A program made the position numbers and the translations under genes. From positions 131,903 to 195,902 of the forward strand of contig NIVC01000739.1 in NCBI GenBank assembly GCA_002269645.1: a stretch of DNA of 64,000 bases, written 5' to 3'. The DNA is from Macrostomum lignano. Its lineage: Eukaryota. The notes under the pieces were generated by a model. That model was not told where the DNA came from, searched no databases, and saw only the letters and a program-made list of their open reading frames with translations. Shown here piece after piece: positions 43,766-57,129 of this stretch; position 1 is the first letter of the stretch; every line of letters begins with the position of its first letter.

Positions 43766-46700
43766 ATGACGTCATCAGCAGTGGAAGCCCCAACGGACAT
43801 CACCGCTCAGGAGGCGGAGCTGTACGATCGCCAGATTCGTCTGTGGGGTCTGGACGCTCAGAAGCGGCTTCGGGCCTCTCGCATCCTCATGGTTGGGGCG
43901 ACTCCGTTGACTGGCGAGATTGCTAAAAATCTGGTTCTAGCCGGTATCCGATCGCTCACTCTGATGGACGATAGTCCGCTATCAGCTGACGACATTGATA
44001 GCAGCTTTATTTACGATCCCTCCTTGGCAACTGCTGCCACCACCAGAGCCGAGGCCGCGCTCTCCGCTCTCCACTCCTTGAATCCGATGGTTGAGGTGTC
44101 GGCTAAGTCTGGCCAACCCGAACAGCTCACCGCTGACGTCTTGGCCAACGAAGATTACGATGCTGTGTTGGCTATCAGCCAACCTGTTGAAGTGCTGCAA
44201 TCGCTTGGCAGACTTTGTCGCAGTGTTACTTACGATGGGGAGGTTAATAGTAACGGAGCTGGTAATAATAGTAATAGCGACAGTAGTGCGAAACAACGGC
44301 GGCAGGTGCAATTCTTTGCGGCCGATTGTTTCGGTTGTCATGGTTACGTGTTTTTAGATTTGCAACGCCACGAATTTGCTACGGAACTGGCTGAGGTGAA
44401 CTGAGCTGTTTTATGCTTTGATTTCAATCTTTTTTCAAAATCTACCTGTGAGATTCTTACGTCTCCAAATCTCATGTGAGATTCTCCGACATTCCTGTGT
44501 CTCATATGAGATTCTCTGGCATTCCCGAGTCTCATGTGAGATTCTCTGACATTCCTGTGTCTCATATGAGATTCTCTGCATACCCAAGTCTCATGTGAGA
44601 TTCTCTGACATTCCGGTGTCTCATATGAGATTCTCTGGCATACCCAAGTCTCATGGGAGATTCTCTGACATTTCTGTGTCTCATATGAGATTCTCTGGCA
44701 TACCCAAGTCTCATGGGAGATTCTCTGACATTTCTTTGTCTCATATGAGATTCTCTGGCATACCCAAGTCTCATGGGAGATTCTCTGACATTTCTGTGTC
44801 TCATATGAGATTCTCTGGCATACCCAAGTCTCATGGGAGATTCTCTGACATTCCGGTGTCTCATATGAGATTCTCTGGCATACCCAAGTCTCATGGGAGA
44901 TTCTCTGACATTCCGGTGTCTCATATGAGATTCTCTGGCATACCCAAGTCTCATGGGAGATTCTCTGACATTTCTGTGTCTCATATGAGATTCTCTGGCA
45001 TACCCAAGTCTCATGGGAGATTCTCTGACATTTCTTTGTCTCATATGAGATTCTCTGGCATACCCAAGTCTCATGGGAGATTCTCTGACATTCCTGTGTC
45101 TCATATGAGATTCTCTGGCATACCCAAGTCTCATGGGAGATTCTCTGACATTCCGGTGTCTCATAGGAGATTCTCTGGCATACCCAAGTCTCATGGGAGA
45201 TTCTCTGACATTCCTGTGTCTCATATGAGATTCTCTGGCATACCCAAATCTCATATGAGATTCTCTGACATTCCTGTGTCTCATGAGATTCTCTGGCATA
45301 CCCAAGTCTCATGGGAGATTCTCTGACATTCCTGTGTCTCATATGAGATTCTCTGGCATACCCAAGTCTCATGGAAGATTCTCTGACATTCCGGTGTCTC
45401 ATATGAGATTCTCTGGCATTCTCCAGTCTCATGTGAGATTCTCTGGCATTCCCCAGTCTCATGTGAGATTCTCTGACATTCCCGTGTCTCATATGAAATT
45501 CTCTGGCATTCTCCAGTCTCATGTGAGATTATCTGGCATCCTCAAGTCTCCTGTGAGATTCTCTGGCATTCCCGAGTCTCCTGTGAGATTCCGACACCTT
45601 CAAATCTCTCCTGCGATATCCATGACACGAGTCCTCCATCTTCCCACTAATCCTATTTGCCTTATTCAACTCGCAGGTGCCCCCAAAGGCCGGTCAGGAC
45701 AGCTCAGTGGACCCCAAGACGGCCGCCGTCCCCGCCGCAGGTTCACAGCCAGTCGAGACCCACCTGATCAAGCGCTCAGCTGATTACGCCGATTTTGAAT
45801 CGGTGCTGCGCACTCGCTGGGACCCCGCCAAGTTGGGCAGCCTGCGGCGCCTGTCACCCGCTCTCTACCTGGCCTTCCTGCTGTTCGAATTTCAGCGCGC
45901 CAACAATGGCGCTCGCGCCGGGCCTAACGATGTGGACGCTTTGAAAACATTGTGGCGCGCCTTTGCCGAGAGTCAGCAGCTGCCAGCCAACCTGCTGGAT
46001 GAAGCGGTTCTGTCCTCCGGGCTGCAGCCGCCCAGCTGCCCCGTGCTGGCCATTGTTGGCGGGGTGGCCGCTCAGGAGGTTATCAAGGTGAGGTTGACGG
46101 ATAGCTGGTGGGATCTTAGCTAGCAAGTTTAGCTAAATGAGATTGTAACTTGAGTTTAGGGTGGGATTTCCAAGAGTTAAAAGTGAGATTTATACGAAAG
46201 TTCAGGGTAAAGTTCAGGGTTAAATTTCCAAGAAAGTTTAAACTTCAAAGTGAGACTTCCAAGAAAGATCGGGGTTAGATTATTAGGAAATTTCAGGGTG
46301 AGATTTCCGAGAAAGTTCAGGGTGAGATTTTTAGGAAATTTCAAGGTAAGATTTCTAGGAAAGTTCAAGGTGAGATTTCCAAGAAAGTTCAGGGTGAGAT
46401 TTCCAAGAAAGTTCAGGGTGAGATTTCCAAGAAATTTCAGGGTGAGATTTCCGAGAAAGTTCAGGGTACGATTTTCAGGAAAGTTAAGGGGTTGAGAGTT
46501 CAGAAAGATCAGGGTGAGATTTCAGAAAGATCGGGTTAGATTTCTAAGAAAGTTCGAGAGGTTGTAAAGAACGTTCAGGGTTTTTCAAGACAGTTAATGG
46601 TAGATTTTTAAGAAAGTTCAGTGTGCGAATTTCTAAGAAAGTTGAGGGTAGATTTCTAAGAAAATTCATCGGGGAATTTCAAAGAAAATTCAGGACTGCT

Positions 46701-46923
46701 TTGTAGTTTCGCAATGTTTAGAAAAGTATAATGAGTTACGTAGAATTAGTTTTAATCTTAACTAATAATAGTAGTCACGCGCAAATACTACTACTCGCTA
46801 CTACTTACTCCTGTTTCCCCGTTTGTTGTTGTTCAGGCCGTATCGCACAAGGACGATCCGTTTAACAATTTTTTCGTATTCGACGGCATCCAATCGTGCG
46901 GCTCTGTGCAGACTCTCGGATGA
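43766..46923 (+). CDS. SAE1: SUMO-activating enzyme subunit 1 (Aos1)
   Basis: Exons 43766-44395, 45677-46087, 46837-46923 (all phase 0); AELYDRQIRLWGLDAQKRL, EIAKNLVLAGI, AIVGGVAAQEVIK/AVSHKDDPFNNFFVFDG. Confidence 0.95.
44440..45590. repeat. 60-bp (2 x 30-bp) higher-order minisatellite in SAE1 intron 1
   Basis: Successive 60-nt lines align; the two half-units share GTCTCAT..GAGATTCTCTG. Confidence 0.97.
46190..46690. repeat. ~24-bp degenerate minisatellite in SAE1 intron 2
   Basis: Unit AAGAAAGTTCAGGGTGAGATTTCC. Confidence 0.9.
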
Positions 46924-47199
46924 CGAGCGAGCTGATTAATTATTAAATTGGCTATTCTATGAAACACTGCGTGTACTGATCCTTGCACAACCGGGTTTAT
47001 TCTATGCTAGTAATTTGCGGCAGTGCATTTTTGTTTGTACGAGTACCGTATTTGTGCTTTGCAATTATTTCTCGGCTGGCTTATTTCATTCTAGAGATTG
47101 CATAAGGTGTGACTTTGATAATGCTGTTCTTAATTGCCTAGCTATAGTTAAATTTAATTCCTTTCAAGTCCTGCTTCAATTTACCAAATTAATTTGCCG

Positions 47200-47840
47200 T
47201 ACTAATCCTCTGCGATAATCTCCTTACTAATCCCCTGCGATAATCCCATTTCTAATCCCCTTCGATAACCTCCTTACTTATCCCCTTCGATAATCTCCTC
47301 ACCAATCCCCTTCGACAATCTCCTCACTAATTCCCCTCGATAATCTCCTGTCTCACTAATCCCCTTCGATAATCTCCTCACTAATCCCCTTCGATAATCT
47401 CCTCACTGATCCCCTTCGATAATCTCCTCACTGATCCCCTTCGATAATCTCCTGTCTCACCAATCCCCTTCGATAATCTCCTCACTAATCCCCTTCGATA
47501 ATCTCCTCACTGATCCCCTTCGATAATCTCCTGTCTCACCAATCCCCTTCGATAATCTCCTCACTAATCCCCTTCGATAATCTCCTTACTGATCCCCTTC
47601 GATAATCTCCTGTCTCACCAATCCCCTTCGACAATCTCCTCACTAATTCCCCTCGATAATCTCCTGTCTCACTAATCCCCTTCGATAATCTCCTCACTAA
47701 TCCGCATCGATAATCTCTTCACTAATTCCCCTCGATAATCTCCTGTCTCATTAATCCCCTTCGATAATCTCCTCACTAATTCCCCTCGATAATCTCCTGT
47801 CCCACTAATCCCCCTCGAAAATCTCCTCCTTAATTCTCTT
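47200..47840. repeat. 25-30-bp minisatellite
   Basis: Unit CTAATCCCCTTCGATAATCTCCT(GTCT)CA. Confidence 0.93.
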
Positions 47841-48559
47841 TGGTAATCTCCTGTTCCATCTCCTTGGATGATTTTCCACCAAACCTTCTCGATACTCAAA
47901 TCTCTAATCCATTTGAATCATAGACCTTTTATGATATATGAATCATAGGCCAGCCTGATCTCTTTAATAATCTGGCCCTAATCTCTTAGCCTTTGTAAGC
48001 TTTATGTGTTTGGTACGTAGTAATAATTATCTGTATTAATGCAATTTTTGCGTTTTAAGAGCGTAAATGCCTGTTTTTAATCTGAAATACACTGCAGCGC
48101 ATTTGCTTTGCCTCTCGTATATAATAACTAAATTATTTGTTGAACCTGACACTACGCGGGTTGGGCTCAACATTCTGTCAAATCAAATCAGACTTGCTCA
48201 ATGCTAATTAAACATTCTTTCTATTGTGCGTGTATTCAGTGTGTTACGAGCGTATTTATCTAATTAGTCCAGCAACTCTTAGTTATGTCCAATTATGCCA
48301 TATTTGCGTCTATCTCTGCTCCCTACTCATCCTCATCTTCCCTGTCTATTCCTTTCAGAGCAGAGCGGCTGAGTCAGATAGCGTGGCCGACTATTGCGTC
48401 CGTAAGTCCCCTGAGCACCCAACTTTACATTTGAACCTTCTCAGAGTCTATCTCCTCTATCTTACATCTAATATCTCTTTTTCCACCCCGACTTCACAAC
48501 TATAAAAAAGTACTTAAAGAAAAAGGCATACATTTTTCAGCGTACATGAACTTAGACTT

Positions 48560-48850
48560 GGCGTGGTCTGATGGCCTAACGCGGCGCTCTGATGTGCCAG
48601 CGACCCAGGCTCGATTCCAAGTGCAGTCACATTAATTTTGGGCTGAATTGGAATCTTGGCTGCAGCTCTGCTCGTGCAATTAACGGCCTTGAGGACCAAC
48701 CCCAAGGCACAGTGAAGTGTACATGCCTAACGATAATTTAAGTCAGGGCCACTGTGCACTCCTGTGTGAGTGTCTGCCTTCGGGCATGACTGCCCAGGGG
48801 AGTCGTCGGTGGAATGGGCAGTAGTGACAAGTGTCGCTTAAACTACACCA
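48560..48850 (+). mobile_element. SINE family B copy just upstream of PSTK
   Basis: Inverted match to 17959-18297; tRNA-like head with GGCTCGATTCC B box. Confidence 0.8.
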
Positions 48851-48894
48851 GGGCCTGACTAATACAGGAATTAAAATAATAAAAAATTTCAGCC

Positions 48895-49824
48895 ATGCAA
48901 CAGACAGCAAAGCCAGACGGCCAGCAGACGACGGCCCTGTTGATTGTGATGGGTCTGCCTGGCTGCGGCAAAACCACCCTGTGCAGCAGTCTGTGCCGCT
49001 CCCTCTGCTGCCAGCAGCTTCAGCACCCGACAGTGCAACTATTCGATGCCACCATGTTGAGTTCGACTCGTTCGTGCCAGACTCTGCAGTGCAGATTGGC
49101 GCTAATTACGATAGCGATGAAGCTTCATCTTGGAAGCTGGCGCGTCAGGCTCTGTTGAAAAGTCTTGATAAATTGTTATGCCGATTAGTGAACGGTAGCA
49201 AGACGTACTTTTCTGATGATGACGATGCATCTTTAGAGCCGGATTTAACCGGTCTGATGACGGAAGCTGAGATGAAGCCCGCAGATTGGGGTCGGGTGAT
49301 TCTTCTGGATGACAACTTCTACTATGCCAGCATGCGGCATGCCGTGTTCCAGCTGGCCAGGCACTGTGAGCTTCTGAGTTAAAATGCTCTTTTCTGTGTG
49401 GGATTCCGAGCTGCAGCTTTGATAGCTATTTATTAGTTTGTTGTTTAATTAGTTAGCTAGTTGTTTAGTTAGTTTGTTAGTTGTTTAGTTATTCAGTTAG
49501 TTGTTTAGTTAGTTAGTTAGTTAATTAGTTAGTTAGTTAATTAGTTAGTTAATTAATTAGTTAGTTAGTTATTTAGTTAGTTAGTTAATTAATTAGTTAG
49601 TTAGTTATTTAGTTAGTTAATTAATTAGTTAGTTAGTTACTTAATTAATTAGTTAGTTAGTTAATTAGTTTGTTAGTTAATTAGTTAGTTAGTTACTTAA
49701 TTAATTAGTTAGTTAGTTAATTAACCAGTTAGTTAGTTAGTTAGTTAATTAATTAATTAATTAGTTAGTTAATTAGTTAGTTAGTTAATTAATTAGTTAG
49801 TTAGTTAGTTAGTTAGTTAATTAA

Positions 49825-49867
<43 letters not shown>

Positions 49868-51578
49868 ATTAGTTAGTTAGTTAGTTAATTAGTTAGTTAG
49901 TTAGTTAGTTAATTAATTAGTTAGTTAGTTAGTTAATCAGTCAGTCAGTCAGTCAGTCAGTCAGTCAGTCAGTCAGTCAGTCAGTCAGTCAGTCAGTCAG
50001 TCAGTCAGTCAGTCAGTCAGTCAGTCAGTCAGTCAGTCAGTCAGTCAGTCAGTCAGTCAGTCAGTCAGTCAGTCAGTCAGTCAGTCAGTCAGTCAGTCAG
50101 TCAGTCAGTCAGTCAGTCAGTCAGTCAGTCAGTCAGTCAGTCAGCCAGTCAGTCAGTCAGTCAGTCAGTTAGTCAGTCAGTCAGTCAGTCAGTCAGCCAG
50201 TCAGTCAGTCAGTCAGTCAGTCAGTCAGCCAGTCAGTCAGTCAGTCAGTTAGTCAGTCAGTCAGTCAGTCAGTCAGCCAGTCAGTCAGTCAGTCAGTCAG
50301 CCAGTCAGTCAGTCAGTCAGCCAGTCAGTCAGTCAGTCAGTCAGTCAGTCAGTCAGTCAGTCAGTCAGTCAGTCAGTCAGTTAGTCAGTCAGTCAGTCAG
50401 TCAGTCAGTCAGTCAGTCAGTCAGTCAGCCAGTCAGTCAGTTAGTCAGTCAGTCAGTCAGTCAGTCAGCCAGTCAGTCAGTCAGCCAGTCAGTCAGTTAG
50501 TCAGTCAGTCAGTTAGTCAGCCAGTCAGTCAGCCAGTCAGTCAGTCAGTCAGCCAGTCAGTCAGTCAGTCAGCCAGTCAGTCAGTCAGTCAGTCAGTCAG
50601 TCAGTCAGTCAGCCAGTCAGTCAGTCAGTCAGTCAGTCAGTCAGTCAGCCAGTCAGTCAGTTAGTCAGTCAGTCAGTCAGTCAGTCAGCCAGTCAGTCAG
50701 TCAGCCAGTCAGTCAGTTAGTCAGTCAGTCAGTTAGTCAGTCAGTCAGTCAGCCAGTCAGTCAGTTAGTCAGCCAGTCAGTCAGTTAGTCAGTCAGTCAG
50801 TCAGTCAGTCAGTCAGTCAGTCAGCCAGTCAGTCAGTTAGTTAGTCAGTCAGTTAGTCAGCCAGTCAGTCAGTTAGTCAGTCAGTCAGTCAGTCAGTCAG
50901 CCAGTCAGTCAGTCAGTCAGTCAGTCAGTCAGTCAGTCAGTCAGTCAGTCAGTCAGTCAGTCAGTCAGTCAGCCAGTCAGTCAGTCAGTCAGTCAGTTAG
51001 TCAGTCAGTCAGTCAGTCAGTCAGTCAGTCAGTCAGTCAGTCAGTCAGTCAGTCAGTTAGTCAGTCAGTCAGTCAGTCAGTCAGTCAGTCAGTCAGTCAG
51101 TCAGTCAGTCAGTCAGTTAGTCAGTCAGTCAGTCAGTCAGTCAGTCAGTCAGTTAGTCAGTCAGTCAGTCAGTCAGTCAGTCAGTCAGTTAGTCAGTCAG
51201 TCAGTCAGTCAGTCAGTCAGTCAGTCAGTTAATTAGTAAAAACCTAATCAAATTCAAATCCCCAGGGATGACATTTCCAAATGAGATTCATATACCAAAG
51301 ATATGTTTTCATTTGCACACCGTCACAGACAGCTGCGGGTTCGGCACAGTCTACCTGAAGGCCAGTCTGGCCCAGCTAAAGCTAGTGAACTCGATTCGAG
51401 ACAAGCCGGTGCCGCCTGCCGTGATTGACAGGATGTGGGAACGGCTGGAGGCGCCCAGTCCGGAGCGAAACCCTTGGGAAAAATTTGTCTGCCTGTTTGG
51501 CCAGAGCGATCTCGGCTTTCTGGACAGCGCTGGACAGTGAGTTGTTTCGATACATATCGCCTGATTGTGCGTGTTTGA

Positions 51579-51631
<53 letters not shown>

Positions 51632-51643
51632 CACAGACAGGGC

Positions 51644-51680
<37 letters not shown>

Positions 51681-51681
51681 C

Positions 51682-51740
<59 letters not shown>

Positions 51741-51741
51741 C

Positions 51742-51780
<39 letters not shown>

Positions 51781-51792
51781 CACAGACAGGGC

Positions 51793-51829
<37 letters not shown>

Positions 51830-51830
51830 C

Positions 51831-51889
<59 letters not shown>

Positions 51890-51890
51890 C

Positions 51891-51945
<55 letters not shown>

Positions 51946-52034
51946 GGGCAGACAGACAGACAGACAGACAGACAGACACACAGACAGACAGACAGACAGG
52001 GCAGACAGACAGACAGACAGACAGACAGATAGGC

Positions 52035-52067
<33 letters not shown>

Positions 52068-52091
52068 CACAGACAGACAGACAGACAGGGC

Positions 52092-52122
<31 letters not shown>

Positions 52123-52127
52123 TAAGC

Positions 52128-52166
<39 letters not shown>

Positions 52167-52265
52167 GAGACAGACAGACAGGGCAGACAGACAGACAGAC
52201 AGACACACAGACAGACAGACAGACAGACAGGGCAGACAGACAGACAGACAGACAGACAGATAGGC

Positions 52266-52310
<45 letters not shown>

Positions 52311-52342
52311 CACAGACAGACAGACAGACAGACAGACAGGGC

Positions 52343-52379
<37 letters not shown>

Positions 52380-52435
52380 CACAGACAGACAGACAGACAG
52401 GGCAGACAGACAGACAGACAGACAGACAGATAGGC

Positions 52436-52468
<33 letters not shown>

Positions 52469-52968
52469 CACAGACAGACAAGCAGGCACGCAGGCGGCAG
52501 ACGTACGCAAAACCACAAGAATTAGGCTTCAATCACAAGTTTCTACTCTAAAAAACACATGTTCGATACATATCGTTCCAATTTGTTGCCAGCTACTCGG
52601 ACAGCAGCGTAAACGGCCGGCTCCATTCGCTAATCCGAGACTGTCTGGCAAATCCGTTCGAGCCGCCGGCGGATCCCGAATTGGCGGCCAAGCAGGCGGC
52701 AGAGGCGCGGGAGGTCTGCTCGATGTCGCTGCTGCACCAGGCCGACCTGCGGCTGCGTGCCATCGTTTCAGATTGGCTGGCCACCCAGTCTGAGTCGGAA
52801 AAGGCCGAACTGGGCAAACTGGCCGCCACCAATAAGCGGGCGGTAATGAGCGCCTTGACTAGCGGCAAGCTGAAAGTGCCGGCACCGCTAAATAGTTTCT
52901 CGCCGGATAAAAAGGATGCATTAGACAAATTTCTGATGGAAAATTTCAGCCTGCCGACTGCCAACTGA
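48895..52968 (+). CDS. PSTK: O-phosphoseryl-tRNA(Sec) kinase; 1-nt frameshift in exon 1
   Basis: Exons 48895-49365, 51329-51536, 52593-52968. GLPGCGKTT, then after a shift near 49003: [20 protein letters not shown]; splicing restores RHYSCGF; NPWE; [13 protein letters not shown]. Confidence 0.9.
49430..51230. repeat. Compound microsatellite (TTAG)n then (TCAG)n in PSTK intron 1
   Basis: Direct reading; switch near 49936. Confidence 0.99.
51580..52480. repeat. (GACA)n microsatellite in PSTK intron 2
   Basis: Direct reading; recurrent CACA/GGGCA/GATA variants. Confidence 0.99.
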
Positions 52969-53624
52969 TTGGCTTTTTGGCGCTTTTTTGCAATTTTTAC
53001 AAAAAATGCTTAGCTTTCTACTGCAAGTAGAGAAAATAAACTACGTGTAATTTCGATTTATTTGTATTTATAAATACATATTTTACTGGATATATATTCA
53101 ACTAAAACAGAAAAAAAGCTTTTTATCAATTTTTTCTTGACTATCTTATAATTTGTTTCGATTTAGCTCGCTTGTTTTGCGTCTAGTTAGCCAAGATGAG
53201 GCATGTTAGGGACTTAAGGGCAGTTGTACCAAATATGCTTGGATTAATTAAGTTCGCGCTCCCACTAAAAAAGTCAAAAACGTTAACATCAGAATGCCCA
53301 TTTCAAATATTGTTTTTCTTTTCTCTCGCTGTTATAAAACTTATATTTAGATCAATTAGCCAAATTCATTGAAAATTATAGACATCAAAGATATGCAGTA
53401 GCTACTAAAGATAGAGACATCCGATATGTATCGAAAATAGTAGTAATGCAGTTGTTAAAGTAAATGCATAATAGTTTTCATAAAATTAAAAGGTAACGCT
53501 TTCCTTAAGTTCTTTTATATCCTTAGAGTATAAGGATAACTTCCTTTAAAATTGGCTTTTTAGGTTAGAAAAAAGAGCTGTCCGTTGTTTGCAATTAAGC
53601 GATCTAAACAGGGGCAAAAATATA

Positions 53625-53696
53625 TTCCCTGACCGGGAGTCGAACCCGGGCCGCCTGGGTGAGAGCCAGGAATCCTAACCGCTAGACCATCAGGGA
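53625..53696 (-). tRNA. tRNA-Glu (anticodon CTC)
   Basis: Reverse complement TCCCTGATGGTCTAGCGGTTAGGATTCCTGGCTCTCACCCAGGCGGCCCGGGTTCGACTCCCGGTCAGGGAA: intact cloverleaf, A/B boxes, T5 terminator just downstream. Confidence 0.95.
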
Positions 53697-53796
53697 CTTG
53701 TTGACATTTGGCATTTCTTCTGAATTTATTCACCATGCAACCGAAAACGCTATTGCATGACTCGAGCTTTGGCCACACTCCGCAGACCACACAGAA

Positions 53797-56323
53797 ATGT
53801 ATAACTGTATCAGAGTCAGCCAATTTGGTCCGTCTTCGGTGCTGCAAATGGCCTCAGCAGATGTTAGTAGCCTGTCACCCGGCCCTGGTCAGGTGTTAAT
53901 CAAAGCTCTCGCAGCTGGTGTTAATCCAGTTGAAACATACATTCGATCTGGTCAATATGCTACACTGCCAAAGCTGCCTTACACTCCTGGTTCCGACTGT
54001 GCTGGAGAGGTAAAGTCAATTTCAAAACAGGGGCATTGCCGATACGTATCGAAAATAACTATATTCAATCGTAACTTATCAATAGGTTGTAGCAGTCAGC
54101 AAAGACGTATCTAAACGACTAAAAACTGGAGAACGCGTGTACACAATGGGCACAGTGAGCGGCTCTTACGCTCAGCTGGTGCTAGCTAGCCAATCCAATA
54201 CGTTTCGACTGCCTGACAATGTCTCTTGGCTGGAGGGTGCTTGTCTAGGCGTGCCAGCTTTTACTGCTCTGCGCGCTCTGCGCACCTGCGGCGGCGCTCG
54301 TGCCGGTCAGACAGTTTTGATACACGGCGCCAGCGGCGCTGTTGGCCTGCTGTGCTGCCAACTGGCCGCTAATCTGGGCATGCGAGTGCTGGCGACTGCT
54401 GGTTGGCTTGCTAGTTACTATTTTAATTTCTTAGCTTAAATGTACACCAGCCCTTCCCCTGCCTAGATTTCCTACCCCCTCTAAATGTACACCAGCCCTT
54501 CCCCTGCCTAGCTTTCCTACCCCCTCTAAATGTACACCAGCCCTTCCCCTGCCTAGCTTTCCTACCCCCTCTAAATGTACACCAGCCCTTCCCCTGCCTA
54601 GCTTTCCTACCCCCTCTAAATGTACACCAGCCCTTCCCCTGTAGCTTTCCTACCCCCTCTAAATGTACACCAGCCCTTCCCCTGCCTAGCTTTCCTACCC
54701 CCTCTAAATGTACACCAGCCCTTCCCCTGTAGCTTTCCTACCCTTCTAAATGTACACCAGCCCTTCCCCTGCCTAGCTTTCCTACCCCCTCTAAATGTAC
54801 ACCAGCCCTTCCCCTGCCTAGCTTTCCTACCCCCTCTAAATGTACACCAGCCCTTCCCCTGTAGCTCTCCTACCCCTCTAAATGTACACCAGCCCTTCTC
54901 CTGCCTAGCTTTCCTACCCCTCTAAATGTACAGCAGCCCTTCCCCTGCCTAGCTTTCCTACCCCCCTCTAAATGTACACCAGCCCTTCCCCTGCCTAGCT
55001 TTCTTACCCCTCCAAATGTACACCAGCTCTTCCCTGTCTAACTTTCCCACTCCTCTAAATGTACACTAGCCCTTCCCCTGCTTAGCTTTGCCACCCCCTC
55101 TAAGTGTACACCAGCCCTACCCCTTGCCCAGTCTTTTTACTCGCCAACGTCACGTGACGCCACAAAACGCCCACCCGCCCCAGGCAGTCCGGAAGGCCGT
55201 CAGCTCGCTCTTGACTGCGGCGCTAACATGGCATTCGATCACCACGACCCAGACTACGCCGACGCCATCGCTGTTGAAACCGCCGACACTGACGGTGTCC
55301 ATCTGACTGTGGAGATGCTGGCCAACGTTAATTTGGCCACCGACTGTCGACTGGCTTCACCTAGTGGCCGCATTGTGATTGTCGGCAATCGGGGCTCGCT
55401 GAACTTTAATCCGCGTCTGACCATGTCCAAGGAGGTCAGCGTGACCGGCGTGTTCCTGCGCCGGTCGACAGATGTTGAACTGGCCGAGTACGCCAAGTTG
55501 ATCAGCGGGATGTTGAAGGTGAGCAGTCAGTCTTGGGTTCATTTGGAATCTACTTACCAGACTACATGCATCTGCTCATTCCCTTTTATGTGTACTTGCC
55601 CATTTGTGTGTACACTTATCTGACTACCTATCTACCTTCGTATCTACCTGACACCCTAAAAACCTACTGTCGTATCAACCTACCTACCAACCAACCAACC
55701 TACCTTCGTTTCTACCTTCCAACCTACTTTTGTATCTACTTACCTACCTACTCTCTTATCAACCTACCTAACCTACCAGTCTACTTTTGTATTTACCTAC
55801 CCACCTTACCAATCCACATCTACATGTACCTGTCTAACGACCAATCTACTTTTGTATCTACCTGACTGGCTACCAACCTACCTTCGTGTCTATCTACCTA
55901 CCGACTAACCTACTTTCGTATCTACCTACCTACCTACTTTTGTATCTACTTACCTACCTACTAACCAACCTACTTTCGATTTTACTTTACCAATCACTTA
56001 TTACCTACCTTTTAAACTACCTTACTTAACATGGACCTGCTCTACGTACCTCTAGTCCACTTTTACCTTTTTAATCTGCTTGTAACCAACGGTGCTGTCC
56101 AAGCTATTGATTTTCTCTAAGCACATTACCCTCTGTCTTAAAAGTGCAGAGTTATACCGCCCCATCCCTTCTTCCCCCCCAGGCCCGGCAGCTCCGGCCC
56201 ACAGTGGACCGCCAGTTCCCCCTGGCCGAGGCGGCCGCCGCTCACGATTTCGTCATCAACAGGTCGGCCAGTCTCGGCCGGGTTGTGCTTAAAATCGACG
56301 AATGGGTCGGCCAGATTGACTAA
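53797..56323 (+). CDS. CRYZ: NADPH:quinone oxidoreductase / zeta-crystallin
   Basis: Exons 53797-54009, 54086-54401, 55184-55518, 56183-56323, phase-compatible; GVNPVETYIRSG, LPYTPGSD, LIHGASGAVG, EMLANVNL, IVIVGNRG. Confidence 0.93.
54440..55120. repeat. ~43-44-bp minisatellite in CRYZ intron 2
   Basis: Unit TAAATGTACACCAGCCCTTCCCCTGCCTAGCTTTCCTACCCCTC. Confidence 0.96.
55545..56040. repeat. Degenerate (CTAC)n-rich low-complexity tract in CRYZ intron 3
   Basis: Recurrent CTACCTAC/CAAC units. Confidence 0.8.
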
Positions 56324-57129
56324 TAACAGATTTATAATGCGTTAATATTACTTTCGATACATATCGGCTGATAAAAATCCAAAAACATTTTCCAAGTCTT
56401 ACTTTAAAATGTTTGATTTTTCATTCTGATTTTCTGGTCTTCTTTATTTTGTTTCAAACTGATTTATTTGTTTTGCAGCAATATAAATAATACACTTGAT
56501 TTTATTTTCGTCAAGATGTTTAAGCTTCATCTGAATTTCTTTTTGTACAATTAATTCAAAGACTCTTATTTATGTCTTGATTTTAACGTATTTTTCGAGA
56601 AAAAAATTTACGCAACCTATTTGATATTTACTACACAAAATTAATATACTATAGGTACTGATTTTGAAAAAAAACTCAAGCTTCGTTGCCATGGTAACCG
56701 AAATTGTCCTCATCTAAATAAAATTTTATAGGGTTTTTAGCGCAAAGCCGGAAATTTTAACTGCTCTAACGTAGCGCTCCCGATGCTGCCAATTAGCAAT
56801 GAAAGTGTTATTTATAACAAATCGCCACACAAAGTTTCTCCAAAGTCTCAGCAAGCAGCTTCGATTATGAAACAGTCCATTCATAAATGAGCTCTGTATC
56901 CATCCCACACGGAATCATTTCTGCCTCCCAACACAGGCCCGAGGACTGCGCAACCAATGAAACCCGATATGCAGATCCCACACTGGCATCTAGGAGCCAG
57001 TAAGAGTCCCTCACTATAAGCAGGGTACGCTCTTCCATCATTGGCAAAAGATTTAAAATAAATGCAGTCCTGTTACTTTGGTGTTTCTAACTGCACCTGC
57101 ATAGAGGCTAGAAAACAAATTTCGGAATA

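Noticed and set aside
44344-45783. Long His/Arg- or Cys-rich ORFs
   Set aside because: Products of the 60-bp intronic array; SAE1 splices across it in phase.
46177-46495. Arg/Phe-rich ORFs
   Set aside because: Translations of the 24-bp repeat in SAE1 intron 2.
48831-49000. First ~57 codons of ORF 48831-49382
   Set aside because: SINE tail or wrong frame; the P-loop is in the frame starting at ATG 48895.
51323-52532. 350-400-aa VCLS/QTDR ORFs
   Set aside because: Stop-free frames of the (GACA)n microsatellite.
54620-54925. Pro-rich ORF
   Set aside because: Translation of the CRYZ intron 2 minisatellite.
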